This document shows positions 18,282 to 26,969 of a stretch of 46,858 nucleotides of DNA, piece after piece (the first letter of the stretch is position 1; every line of letters begins with the position of its first letter). A program made the position numbers and the translations under genes. Source of the stretch: an uncultured Porphyromonadaceae bacterium (lineage in GTDB: Bacteria; Bacteroidota; Bacteroidia; Bacteroidales; UBA12481); the NCBI GenBank assembly GCA_964444375.1, contig CAYUGX010000003.1, positions 1-46,858 on the forward strand. Reading direction: 5' to 3'. The notes beneath the pieces are model-generated. The model saw only the letters and a program-made list of their open reading frames with translations, ran no database searches and was not told where the DNA came from.

Positions 18282-19018
18282 CCCTTCCTGAGTGGGATGA
18301 ATTTCGAGAATCTTGGGCTGATGGCTTTTTCGGGACAATTATAAATACAGCGCATGCACATCATACAGCTAAACCCAAAGCGTGGTTTGTCTTTCTTCCC
18401 CTGGCTTATATTTCTTGCCGGACAATTCTCCCAGCAAAGCCCACATGAAATGCAATGTCGGTTGGCGTGCAGCTCTAGACCAAAAAGGCGGGCGGCTGGG
18501 ATTTCGATTCGGCCGATGAAACTAAACAATCTGGATTTAACCCGTACCTGATGAATTGACTTGCTCCGATTGAGTATTGAGTCTCCAATAATGCTTATTC
18601 GATCTTCTGATTCATTGATCACCTTGAATGAAAGGTCATCGGGAAAAGCCATGATAAACGTTAATGGCATGGCCAATACTTCATCCACGATGATCTGATA
18701 GTTTTTCGTAACCAGCGTTTTTCTGAGGGTAGAAGTCACAGCTCCGTTCGCCCAGTGAGATGCACATCCGACTGCAATGAGACTAACATAATCATATAAG
18801 CCAGGTGCTAGTTTTTTTACAAACTTCTTTACTATAACAGGTGCATTAAACCCATGAACCGGAAACATCAATATCAAGTGTTTATTGGCTGTCAGAATAC
18901 CAGGATCAGTAAATTCCAACGGGGCGAGTGTTGTACGCTCGGATCCAAGGTGATTCGCCAACCGTTTTGCTAGATACAGAGCATTACCGGTAGGGCTAAA
19001 GTAAATTATCGAATGCAT
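18257..19018 (-). CDS. EFR1-family ferredoxin (flavodoxin-like N-domain plus 2x[4Fe-4S] ferredoxin domain)
   Basis: 253 aa. The N-terminus IIYFSPTGNALYLAKRLA is flavodoxin-like. Two cluster motifs are present: CISCGLCWENCP and CMMCMRCIYNCP. Its 3' end overlaps the convergent FG-GAP gene by 25 nt. Confidence 0.65.
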   Translation of the reverse strand: MHSIIYFSPTGNALYLAKRLANHLGSERTTLAPLEFTDPGILTANKHLILMFPVHGFNAPVIVKKFVKKLAPGLYDYVSLIAVGCASHWANGAVTSTLRKTLVTKNYQIIVDEVLAMPLTFIMAFPDDLSFKVINESEDRISIIGDSILNRSKSIHQVRVKSRLFSFIGRIEIPAARLFGLELHANRHCISCGLCWENCPARNISQGKKDKPRFGFSCMMCMRCIYNCPEKAISPRFSKFIPLRKGYSLNKFR

Positions 19019-19027
19019 ATCATCCTC

Positions 19028-19441
19028 TTAATACTTTGGAGATACCCTGATTGTTGTTTTTCCCTTCACTAGAAAAAGCCATTTCTCAAACTTCTTAGGC
19101 CCGAATTTTCCGAATGCATTATTCGAAAGCCCGTAACCTTCGATTGGAATACCTATTAGATTACTTTCCATCTTTCTGTTAGCGTCCTCGTCATGAAAAT
19201 ACCGTACTGCGTATTTCTTAGTCTTTAAGTTTTTAAAGGTAATTACACACTTGTTGTTTTTAATGCTCGCGGTTTGGCCATCTACCTGGTTCTTGTTTTC
19301 ATCAAGCAATTCAAGTGAGATTTGACCACTATTATTTCGAAGGTCCTCAATCTCAACAATGAGGGTGTGTTGTGCCGATACTGCTTGTCCACATGAGAAA
19401 AGAATAATGCTTATTATGATAAAGCCCAAATATTTTTTCAT
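19028..19441 (-). CDS. DUF2141-like secreted protein
   Basis: The ATG at 19441 gives the signal peptide MKKYLGFIIISIILFSCGQ (the ORF is listed from 19480). The body resembles DUF2141 proteins as I recall them: GQISLELLDE...YAVRYFHDEDANRKMESNLIGIPIEGYGLSNN. Confidence 0.55.
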   Translation of the reverse strand: MKKYLGFIIISIILFSCGQAVSAQHTLIVEIEDLRNNSGQISLELLDENKNQVDGQTASIKNNKCVITFKNLKTKKYAVRYFHDEDANRKMESNLIGIPIEGYGLSNNAFGKFGPKKFEKWLFLVKGKTTIRVSPKY

Positions 19442-19626
19442 TACTTGTAAATCAATATTTCTGTGCAAAGGTGACAACAAATCTTGATGAATTAATTACC
19501 ATATGGTAAGCAGTTCATATTGTGGATTTTCATTTCTATCTTTAAAAAATGATTAAGCGAATACCTACCATAGAATCCATGCCCTGGATCCTAATCCCGG
19601 GCCTATAACTAACCTTCCTTCCTGCA

Positions 19627-19703
19627 CCCAGTACCCAATACCCAGAACCCAAAACCCAAAACCCAATCCCCAGTACCCAGTACCCAGTACCCAGTACCCA
19701 AAA
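19627..19703. repeat. Tandem heptanucleotide repeat (CCCARNA)x11, 77 bp; the complementary strand is (TNYTGGG)n, a G-quadruplex-type motif
   Basis: Read directly in perfect 7-nt register: CCCAGTA CCCAATA CCCAGAA CCCAAAA CCCAAAA CCCAATC CCCAGTA CCCAGTA CCCAGTA CCCAGTA CCCAAAA. It ends 10 nt upstream of the ATG at 19714. It lies in the 272-bp divergent intergenic region. Confidence 0.95.
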
Positions 19704-19713
19704 TAAAAATTAC

Positions 19714-20856
19714 ATGAAAAAAATAATCGTCCTTGGCGCCGGAATGGTTGGTGGTGCCATGGCCATCGACCTGGCCAAAAAACATGAAGTTACTGTATCT
19801 GATATCAATAAATCAACTCTGGATAATGTAAAACTAAAGTGTTCTGATCTTCATATCCTCCTATTGGATGTCGTTGATAAAGAAACGCTGCAAAAAACCA
19901 TAAAACAATACGATCTGGTCATCAATGCGGTCCCGGGATTTCTGGGATACGAAACATTGAAAACCATCATACAAGCTGGTAAAAATGTGATCGATATCGC
20001 CTTCTTTCCTGAAAATGCTTTAGAGCTTGATCAACTAGCTAAAAAGCATGGGGTTACTGCAATAGTTGATTGTGGGGTAGCCCCTGGTATGGATAATGTA
20101 ATTCTTGGATACTATAATGAATTCATGAAACTCACCGATTTCGTATGCCTGGTTGGTGGTCTGCCCAAAGAAAAAAAATGGCCATTTGCCTACAAAGCAC
20201 CTTTCTCTCCCATTGACGTAATTGAAGAATATACCCGTCCGGCCCGATATGTCGAGCATGGTCAATTGGTCGTCAGAGAGCCCCTGACCGATTGTGAATA
20301 TGTAGAGTTTGACAAGGTGGGTACCCTGGAAGCCTTTAATTCTGATGGATTACGATCGATTATTTTTACTATGCCGCATATCCCCAATATGAAGGAGAAG
20401 ACGCTACGCTACCCGAATCATGTAGAATATGTTAAGGTATTGAAAGAAAGTGGATTCTTCAATGAAACAGAGCTAGAAATTAATGGCAACAAAGTTAAGC
20501 CCCTTGACTTTACCAGTCGTATTCTCTTTGATGAATGGAAATTGGGAGAATCAGAGAGAGAATTAACGGTACTGCGAGTTACCATTAAAGGAACAAATTC
20601 AGATGGAAATACAGAAGAAATTGTGTATTCGATGCATGACGAATACGATGTAGCCACACAAACTTCATCCATGGCCCGTACGACAGGATATACAGGAACA
20701 GCCGCAGCCAATTTGGTCCTTGACGGTCTGTTTACCGAAACGGGGGTTTTTCCGCCTGAATTGGTTGGAAAACACAAAGTTTGCTTTGACTACTTCATGA
20801 ATTACCTTAGAGAAAGAGGTATTGAATATGTGAAAAGTTCAAAAATATTATCATAG
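19714..20856 (+). CDS. Saccharopine dehydrogenase-family NAD(P)-dependent oxidoreductase
   Basis: 380 aa with the N-terminal Rossmann motif KKIIVLGAGMVGGAMAIDL. The length and the central GVAPGMDN segment fit the saccharopine dehydrogenase-like family. No signal peptide. Confidence 0.6.
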   Translation: MKKIIVLGAGMVGGAMAIDLAKKHEVTVSDINKSTLDNVKLKCSDLHILLLDVVDKETLQKTIKQYDLVINAVPGFLGYETLKTIIQAGKNVIDIAFFPENALELDQLAKKHGVTAIVDCGVAPGMDNVILGYYNEFMKLTDFVCLVGGLPKEKKWPFAYKAPFSPIDVIEEYTRPARYVEHGQLVVREPLTDCEYVEFDKVGTLEAFNSDGLRSIIFTMPHIPNMKEKTLRYPNHVEYVKVLKESGFFNETELEINGNKVKPLDFTSRILFDEWKLGESERELTVLRVTIKGTNSDGNTEEIVYSMHDEYDVATQTSSMARTTGYTGTAAANLVLDGLFTETGVFPPELVGKHKVCFDYFMNYLRERGIEYVKSSKILS

Positions 20857-20934
20857 CTGTTCCTTTCACTCGTAGATATTGAGACTATCCAGGAGTTTTA
20901 TACATTTACTCTCAATACCTTTAAACTAGGCAAT

Positions 20935-22368
20935 ATGAACACGAACAAGCGTCTTCAATCAAATCAGACGAATTCTCGTCGGAGATTTTTAAAAACCGGA
21001 CTCATAGCTGCCGGAGGAGTGGCCATTATACCTTCAAATGTGGTTTTTGGAGCCATTAAACCGAGTGATAAAGTCAATCTGGCTGGTGTGGGCATTGGTC
21101 ACCGAGGAGGTGCCATTCTCAAAACCCTGCACGCAACTGGCCTGGCAAATGTGGTGGCACTGTGCGACGTCGATATGGGAGCCGAACATACTCAAAGTGT
21201 GCTGGAAATGTTCCCAAATGTGCCTCGATTTAAGGATTTCAGGCAAATGTTTGACAAAATGGGTAAGCAAATTGATGCAGTAAGCATTGGCACACCCGAC
21301 TTCTCACACTTTCCCATTACCATGTTGGCCATGTCACAGGGCAAACATGTTTATGTCGAAAAACCCCTGGCCAGAACCTTCAATGAGATCGAACTGATGA
21401 TGGCTGGAGCCAAAAAGTATAAAGTGGCCACACAAATGGGTAACCAGGGGCATTCTGGAGGCAATTACTTCCAGTTTAAGGCCTGGACTGAGGCAGGCAT
21501 CATAAAAGATGTAACGGCTATTACAGCGCATATGAATAGTGCGAGAAGATGGCATGGTTTTGACCCAACCATTACTAAATTTCCTGATAAGATGCCCATT
21601 CCTGAAACCCTGAATTGGGATGTTTGGCTCAATACTGCCCAGTTTCATGAATATCACAAAGATTACCATCACGGGCAATGGAGATGCTGGTACGATTTCG
21701 GAATGGGAGCACTCGGTGACTGGGGAGCTCACATCATGGATACAGCCCATGAGTTTTTAGACCTGGGATTACCTTATGAGGTGAATCCAACCTACCTGAA
21801 GGGACACAATTCATTCTTCTTCCCATTTTCTTCAACTTTGATTTTTAAGTTTCCTGAGCGGAAGAACATGCCGGCTTTAGATATAACCTGGTATGATGGA
21901 ATCGATAACATTCCAAGCGTACCTGAAGGATACGGAGTGTCTGAAATTGATCCGAATGTACCACCACCAAGTACCGGTGCCTTACAACCAGCAAAACTGA
22001 ATCCCGGTAAAATCATATACAGCAAAGACCTGACTTTTAAAGGGGGAACCCATGGTGGAACACTTTCTATTATACCTGAAAAGAAGGCACAGAAGATGGA
22101 ACGGAAGTTACCCGAGGTACCTGAAAGTCCTTCAAATCACTTTAAAAACTTCTTGCTAGCTTGTCAGGGTAAAGAAAAATGTCGTTCCTCATTTGATATC
22201 GCCGGGCCTTTGAGTCAGGTATTCTGTTTGGGGGTTATTGCCCAACGTTTAAGTACCCGTATTGAATTTGACCGTTCAACTAAACAAATCACAAACGATA
22301 AATTTGCGAATCAATTGTTGGTGGGAACTCCTCCGCGTAAAGGTTGGGAAGAGTTTTATAAACTCTAA
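20935..22368 (+). CDS. TAT-exported Gfo/Idh/MocA-family NAD-dependent oxidoreductase (possibly GH109-like or glycoside 3-dehydrogenase-like)
   Basis: 477 aa with the canonical twin-arginine signal NSRRRFLKTGLIAAGGVA. It has a Rossmann start VNLAGVGIGHRGG, the EKP motif (HVYVEKPLA), and GALGDWGAHIMD plus the C-terminal PPRKGWE segment common in periplasmic members. Confidence 0.65.
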   Translation: MNTNKRLQSNQTNSRRRFLKTGLIAAGGVAIIPSNVVFGAIKPSDKVNLAGVGIGHRGGAILKTLHATGLANVVALCDVDMGAEHTQSVLEMFPNVPRFKDFRQMFDKMGKQIDAVSIGTPDFSHFPITMLAMSQGKHVYVEKPLARTFNEIELMMAGAKKYKVATQMGNQGHSGGNYFQFKAWTEAGIIKDVTAITAHMNSARRWHGFDPTITKFPDKMPIPETLNWDVWLNTAQFHEYHKDYHHGQWRCWYDFGMGALGDWGAHIMDTAHEFLDLGLPYEVNPTYLKGHNSFFFPFSSTLIFKFPERKNMPALDITWYDGIDNIPSVPEGYGVSEIDPNVPPPSTGALQPAKLNPGKIIYSKDLTFKGGTHGGTLSIIPEKKAQKMERKLPEVPESPSNHFKNFLLACQGKEKCRSSFDIAGPLSQVFCLGVIAQRLSTRIEFDRSTKQITNDKFANQLLVGTPPRKGWEEFYKL

Positions 22369-22513
22369 GCTTAGAACTCTAAACTCAGCTTTTACTGTTG
22401 GCTGGGAAGCGTATATGTAAACATGACCAGCTTGCATCAATCCTAAAAAATGGGGTTTGAAAGTGGTGACTTATGCCCTCATTTTTTACTAAATTGTAGA
22501 AAATTTTGTCGTG

Positions 22514-24100
22514 ATGAATATGAAATCCTTGCTGTTTTCCACCTGCCTGTCAGGTTTGTTTTTGTTAACAGCTTGCAATCCGGTTGATCCAATCTCCAGA
22601 CCCAATGTTGTTTTTATGATTTGTGATGATTTAAACAATTATCCAGCAACTTTTGGCGGTCATCCACAGGCATTAACGCCGAACATTGATCAATTGGCAC
22701 AATCTGGAGTGACTTTTGAGAATGCCTACAGCAACACCCCTGTTTGCTCTCCATCGCGTAACAGCCTGCTAACCGGAGTCTACAGTCATGATTCCAGAGA
22801 TTTTGGTTGGACCAAACATTTTGAACAACCCATTTTGAAGCACAATAAAACAATCATGGAGTACCTTCGTGAAAATGGGTACTATGTTGCTGGATCAGGG
22901 AAGCTTTTGCATGTGAATCGGAAGCAATACTGGGATGAGTGGGGAGTTGATATCAATAACTACGGACCAGTAGCCTTCAATGGGACCGAGGCCGTTGGCC
23001 ATCCTTCAGTTCCCAGACCATGGAGAGACATTGGTCCCATTGATGGATCCTTTGCCCCTTTGTCTGATGTACCCACATTTCCGGATAGCATATCCAAGGG
23101 AAAACAAACCGGATGGGCTTTTTCCAGGAAGGGTGAACAATTTTTGGAATACGTTGATGCGGAAAACAGAGACCTGGTACCTGATGAAAAGCATGCCCAG
23201 TGGGCTGCCTCCAAAATTACCGAACTCGAGAAACAGGATTCTGATCAACCCTTCTTCCTGGGGATTGGATTTGTGAGACCTCATACTCCACTTTATGCCC
23301 CAAAGAGATTCTTTGATCTATTCCCCATTGAAAGCATACGATTACCAGAAATACTTAAAGATGATGCCTTAGACACTCATTACAAGAACCTCTACCCGGC
23401 TGATAAAAAAGGTCTTCGTTTTTACAAAACCCTGGCAGCATCTTATGGAGGAGACATTGAACTGGGGCTCAGACACTTCATACAAGCCTACTTAGCCTGC
23501 GTAGCCTTTGTGGATGAGCAGGTTGGAGTTGTTGTTGATGCAGTGAACAACAGTATATTCAAAGACAATACCGTTGTGATGCTGACCAGTGACCATGGAT
23601 GGCAGATGGGACAGAAGGAGTATATCTTTAAAAACTCTCCTTGGGAGGAAAGCACCAATATTCCCTTAGTCATTAAATCCCCGATGGGCAAAAAAGGAAA
23701 TATTGTCTCTCACCCAGTATCTTTAATAGACCTTTTCCCAACTATTGTGGACCTTTGTGGACTGGAGGGTGATCACAAAAAGAATCCAGAAGGTGGTGCA
23801 ATTGGAGGATACAGTTTGCTTCCCTTCATATCCAATCCAAAGACTAAAAAATGGGAGGGTCCAGAAGGAGCCTTATCAATGATCGGTACTGGCATAAACC
23901 CGACAGATGTACTGAAGCAAACCTATTCATTTAGAACTGAAGAATGGAGATACATCTATTATCTGGATGGCTCAGAAGAACTGTATGATCACCGTGAAGA
24001 TCCCTTGGAGTGGCACAATCTGGCATTGAATGAGGACTATGCCGAAACTAAAAAAGAGTTGAAAGATGCGATGTTGGAGATCATTAACAAAAATAGATAG
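22514..24100 (+). CDS. S1-family sulfatase (formylglycine-dependent), lipoprotein
   Basis: The signal/lipobox is MNMKSLLFSTCLSGLFLLTAC (a GTG at 22511 is an alternative start). Motifs seen: metal-binding VVFMICDDLN, the formylglycine motif CSPSRNSLLTG, and LTSDHGWQMG. Confidence 0.8.
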   Translation: MNMKSLLFSTCLSGLFLLTACNPVDPISRPNVVFMICDDLNNYPATFGGHPQALTPNIDQLAQSGVTFENAYSNTPVCSPSRNSLLTGVYSHDSRDFGWTKHFEQPILKHNKTIMEYLRENGYYVAGSGKLLHVNRKQYWDEWGVDINNYGPVAFNGTEAVGHPSVPRPWRDIGPIDGSFAPLSDVPTFPDSISKGKQTGWAFSRKGEQFLEYVDAENRDLVPDEKHAQWAASKITELEKQDSDQPFFLGIGFVRPHTPLYAPKRFFDLFPIESIRLPEILKDDALDTHYKNLYPADKKGLRFYKTLAASYGGDIELGLRHFIQAYLACVAFVDEQVGVVVDAVNNSIFKDNTVVMLTSDHGWQMGQKEYIFKNSPWEESTNIPLVIKSPMGKKGNIVSHPVSLIDLFPTIVDLCGLEGDHKKNPEGGAIGGYSLLPFISNPKTKKWEGPEGALSMIGTGINPTDVLKQTYSFRTEEWRYIYYLDGSEELYDHREDPLEWHNLALNEDYAETKKELKDAMLEIINKNR

Positions 24101-26954
24101 TCTACTAATAATTTACATTATTATTGGAGTTCTCCCGGTTTCAGCGCAAACAAGATCATTGGCTGAAGAAATCTCATTGAATGGGAATTGGGAAATTATT
24201 TTTGACCAACATAATAAGGGGAAGGCAGGAGAATGGCACATCAACCAGAATTTTTCAAGGCAGTCTACTATTCGTGAGATTTCTGTCCCTTCTTGCTGGG
24301 AGGAAATTGAACAGGATTATGAAGGAGTTGCCTTTTACAGGTGCAGCTTCCATGTTCCCGAAGATTGGGCTGACAGATCGATTGAACTCAGTTTTGAAGC
24401 TGTGAATTATGTGACCGAAGTTTGGTTAAACGATCAGGTTGTAGGTTTCCATGAAGGGGGTTTTACCCCTTTTGATTTTGAGGTTGCCGGTCTTTTATTC
24501 CCAGGAAAAAAAAATACACTAACCCTAAGAGTAGTTGGCCCGATACTATTAACCGATCAGGAAATTGACGGAATGGGTCAGATGGAAGTTCCTCAATGGC
24601 GAGGAGCCATAACAGGTGGGGTCTGGCAAGGTGTTTCTTTACGATCATCGGGATACATCGGGATAAAAGATGTATATCTTGAGCCCCAAATTACTGATCC
24701 TTCAGTTTCAATAACTCTGGAGGTGATTAACAGCACCAATGAACTTCAACCCTGTATACTGGTATATACCATTCTGGATCATTCCGGTGCAGAGCTTGTG
24801 AGCACGAAACTGGAACAAGAGCTGCAACCTGGGACAACTTCTAAATCCATATTGCTGGATATACCTGACGCGAGGCTTTGGTCTCCTGATGATCCATACC
24901 TGTATTCATGCCAGGTAAGGATCCAAAACCTGGGTTCTGAATCCGATTCCTGGATGTCAAATTTTGGATTACGCGAATTCACAATTAGGGATAAACAATT
25001 TGTATTGAACGGTGAGCCCCTGTATTTGAAGGCCTGTTTCTTTGAAGGCCTCTATCCGGTAAAACTGGCTTATCCCGATAGCCGGGAAATGGCTATCAGA
25101 GAAATTCAATTGGCCAAAGATGCCGGATTCAATATGATCAGACCCTGGCGAAAACCGCCACCGCCCATGTGGCTTGATTTGTGCGATGAAATGGGTATGC
25201 TAACAATTGGGAGTCTGGTTGTAGAATGCATGGAGCGGCCAATTGCTACACCTTATTTGCCCTCCAGAGTGGAACATGAGTTACGATCATCCCTTATTCG
25301 AGATCGCAACAGAACTTGCGTGGTTATGTGGGAATTGTTCAACGAACTTCACCAGCCTATACTCATCCAACTTTTACAGCCCATGTCGCAATTGGCCAGA
25401 AAGCTTGATCCAAGCCGGCTTATCTTGGATGAATCGGGAGGATGGGCAAAAGGAGCCAAGATGTACTTACCCTACCAAAATGAGGGAATTCCTTTCAATG
25501 ATGTTCATGATTATGCAGGTTCTCAAATCACAGAAGACCGATTCAATGGATATTTGTTGATTGGGAAAACTAAGGAGGAAATCCTGAAGGCTGATTTTGG
25601 AAGAATCAAAATCCCAGGCAGGAACTTGAAACCTGGTGAAATGACCTTCGTCTCAGAACTGGGCTATGGAAGCCTTCCTGATTTGGTTCAAAATAACCAA
25701 CAATTCAAAAAAACTGGGAATCCATTGGTGTCACCAACACGCTATCATAAAAGAATTGCAGAGGAAACCCTAAATGCACTGGAAATCACTGGCTTTGATC
25801 AGGTTTACCCGAACCTTACCGATTTCATTGTTGAGCAACAGAAACAACACGGATATGCAAATAAACGATTGATTGAAGCCATCCGATGCAATCCTGCTAT
25901 TTCTGGGTATTGTGTACACGCTTTGGTAGCTGGTGATTGGGTTCTTGGTGCAGGTATAATTGATCTTTGGAGAAATCCCAAAAATGAGGTCTACAAAAAA
26001 ACTCAGGAGGCCAATCAAGACAGAATTGTAGTATTGCAAGCAAGTCCCAGAAATGTATACGCTGAAAGGGGAACACAATTAATGGTCACGATAATTAATG
26101 ATGCTGCCCCGATCAATGCCTTCATATCAATCCTGATCAATGATGAACAAGACTCTGTGGTGTTTTCAAAAAACATGGATATCGAGTTAAAAAAAGGAAT
26201 TAACCAGATATATACTGAGAAATTTGAAACGAGCTCATTAATTGGCAATTACAAATTTTCAGCACATGTTAAAGGTCAATCTGGAAATCTCATTTCGGAA
26301 AATGAGCTTTGTTTTGATGTCTTTCATCAGCAAGACCATGATGAAGTGCGTCCATTTTCGATTGTTGATCCAAAGGAACAGCTGGTGCCTTTTTTATCAA
26401 AACGTGGAATTCAGGCCTCTACCTTTAGTCCAAACCAAAACACCGCCATGCCAGTCCTGGTAGGAGCCCTCAACCCCAAAAGAAATGAAGACATAAACCA
26501 AATCAAACAGATTGAGGAATTTGTCAGAAAAGGAGGAAAAGCCATTTTTCTCGAAGTTCCAGGTAAAAAACTACCATGGTTTCATGGACCTTTGCCTGAT
26601 TCACCAATCAAAGCCAAACCTATGGAAGTGATGTTGATCAATTCACTTGGACTTTGGGCAGGCAGACCACATATTGTCAAGAAGCATCCCATATTTGATG
26701 GCCTTCCAGTCAATACAATTATGTCTGGTGTTTATGAGAACATCCATCCAATTCAATCAATGGTCAAACTGGAAGGTGAGTATCAATGTGGCGTAATCAC
26801 CTACGAGCACTTTCCTGAACTGGATAAAATGAAACGACATTACAATGGTCCTGGCAATGTTTGGTGGGGTGCTGATCTTTCTATCACACCCATGGGTGAA
26901 GGTCTATTACTTTTATCTACTCTGCTAATCATCAACAATTTCTATTCAACATGA
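24066..26954 (+). CDS. GH2-family glycoside hydrolase with an extra ~330-aa C-terminal region
   Basis: 962 aa with a signal-like N-terminus (LLIIYIIIGVLPVSAQ). It has the GH2 sugar-binding domain (VPSCWE...YEGVAFYRCSFHVPEDW...VWLNDQVVGFHEGGFTPFDFEV). The acid/base motif is VVMWELFNE and the nucleophile context is FVSELGYGS. The start overlaps the sulfatase 3' end by 35 nt. Confidence 0.75.
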   Translation: MRCWRSLTKIDSLLIIYIIIGVLPVSAQTRSLAEEISLNGNWEIIFDQHNKGKAGEWHINQNFSRQSTIREISVPSCWEEIEQDYEGVAFYRCSFHVPEDWADRSIELSFEAVNYVTEVWLNDQVVGFHEGGFTPFDFEVAGLLFPGKKNTLTLRVVGPILLTDQEIDGMGQMEVPQWRGAITGGVWQGVSLRSSGYIGIKDVYLEPQITDPSVSITLEVINSTNELQPCILVYTILDHSGAELVSTKLEQELQPGTTSKSILLDIPDARLWSPDDPYLYSCQVRIQNLGSESDSWMSNFGLREFTIRDKQFVLNGEPLYLKACFFEGLYPVKLAYPDSREMAIREIQLAKDAGFNMIRPWRKPPPPMWLDLCDEMGMLTIGSLVVECMERPIATPYLPSRVEHELRSSLIRDRNRTCVVMWELFNELHQPILIQLLQPMSQLARKLDPSRLILDESGGWAKGAKMYLPYQNEGIPFNDVHDYAGSQITEDRFNGYLLIGKTKEEILKADFGRIKIPGRNLKPGEMTFVSELGYGSLPDLVQNNQQFKKTGNPLVSPTRYHKRIAEETLNALEITGFDQVYPNLTDFIVEQQKQHGYANKRLIEAIRCNPAISGYCVHALVAGDWVLGAGIIDLWRNPKNEVYKKTQEANQDRIVVLQASPRNVYAERGTQLMVTIINDAAPINAFISILINDEQDSVVFSKNMDIELKKGINQIYTEKFETSSLIGNYKFSAHVKGQSGNLISENELCFDVFHQQDHDEVRPFSIVDPKEQLVPFLSKRGIQASTFSPNQNTAMPVLVGALNPKRNEDINQIKQIEEFVRKGGKAIFLEVPGKKLPWFHGPLPDSPIKAKPMEVMLINSLGLWAGRPHIVKKHPIFDGLPVNTIMSGVYENIHPIQSMVKLEGEYQCGVITYEHFPELDKMKRHYNGPGNVWWGADLSITPMGEGLLLLSTLLIINNFYST

Positions 26955-26969
26955 TAAACTATATGTACA

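Noticed and set aside
19627-19703. Telomere, CRISPR or coding interpretation of the heptamer array.
   Set aside because: It is internal to a gene-dense region. There are no spacers or cas genes, the units are only 7 bp, and no ORF of 60 aa or more spans it. It is a simple tandem repeat in an intergenic region.
24506-24514. A9 run inside the GH2 coding sequence (Lys-Lys-Asn codons). A similar A8 run occurs near 10785 and a T8 run near 40507.
   Set aside because: The reading frames are intact across them, and such runs are expected in AT-leaning Lys-rich coding DNA. There is no evidence of slippage.
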